Assembly (NCBI GenBank): GCA_013115145.1
Contig: JAAPAO010000236.1
Coordinates: 1 to 48,970 of the forward strand
Source: Perkinsus chesapeaki ATCC PRA-425
Lineage: Eukaryota; Protista; Perkinsozoa
Direction of reading: 5' to 3'
DNA: 48,970 bases
Shown here one piece after another: positions 48,805 to 48,970 of the stretch. The position numbers and the translations under genes were made by a program. The first letter of the stretch is position 1. Each line of letters opens with the position of its first letter. The notes beneath the pieces were generated by a model, which was not told the origin of the DNA, did no database searches, and saw only the letters and a program-made list of their open reading frames with translations.

Positions 48805-48970
48805 ATTGAAGTCCCTGAAGCACCTCCCAGGGTATATTGAAGTCCCTGAAGCACCTCCCAGGGTATATTGAAGTCCCTGAAGCACCTCCCAGGGTATATT
48901 GAAGTCCCTGAAGCACCTCCCAGGGTATATTGAAGTTACTAAAGCACCTCCCAGGGTATATTGAAGTCCC
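48805..48970. repeat. 31-bp minisatellite (ATTGAAGTCCCTGAAGCACCTCCCAGGGTAT), >=5 copies, runs off the window
   Basis: Near-identical head-to-tail copies without spacers. Degenerate starts lie upstream (~48727). Confidence 0.95.

Noticed and set aside
26635-48970. CRISPR-like arrays (25-, 31-, 45- and 31-bp repeats)
   Set aside because: The units are head-to-tail with no unique spacers, there are no cas genes, and the context is eukaryotic. They are minisatellites.

Overview
Intron-dense eukaryotic DNA with many ~40-60 nt GT-AG introns and two N gaps. It is most consistent with a perkinsid alveolate (Perkinsus-like); this is inference from intron size, gene spacing and gene content, not a database result. 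Every gene I can orient from 1 to ~32.65 kb is on the minus strand and every gene from 33.05 to 46.1 kb is on the plus strand, diverging across a ~400 bp interval. Recognisable genes: a type I L-asparaginase spliced in frame to a signal peptide plus Cys-rich domain; an M1 aminopeptidase interrupted by a ~1.8 kb insert; three tandem paralogous multi-pass membrane proteins; tRNA-Gly(GCC); an ERGIC-53/VIP36-type lectin; ribosomal protein eS30; a dual-specificity phosphatase; a mitochondrial ACP-like protein lacking the phosphopantetheine Ser; an STPG/SHIPPO-repeat protein; and a Sen1/senataxin helicase. There are four minisatellites. The most striking unexplained signal is that the short introns of unrelated genes share a small repertoire of 11-28 nt cassettes, several in both orientations: TTTCGTGGCGC; GCGGAGCGAAGCGATTCATGTTT; a GTATCTT...AAGATAC hairpin that can supply the splice donor; tRNA T-arm/3' fragments; and AATCTTGCAATCTTGCATTT. 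This suggests micro-introner/MITE-like elements or intron-borne DNA signals. Exon structures were read by eye, so gene boundaries for hypothetical genes are approximate.
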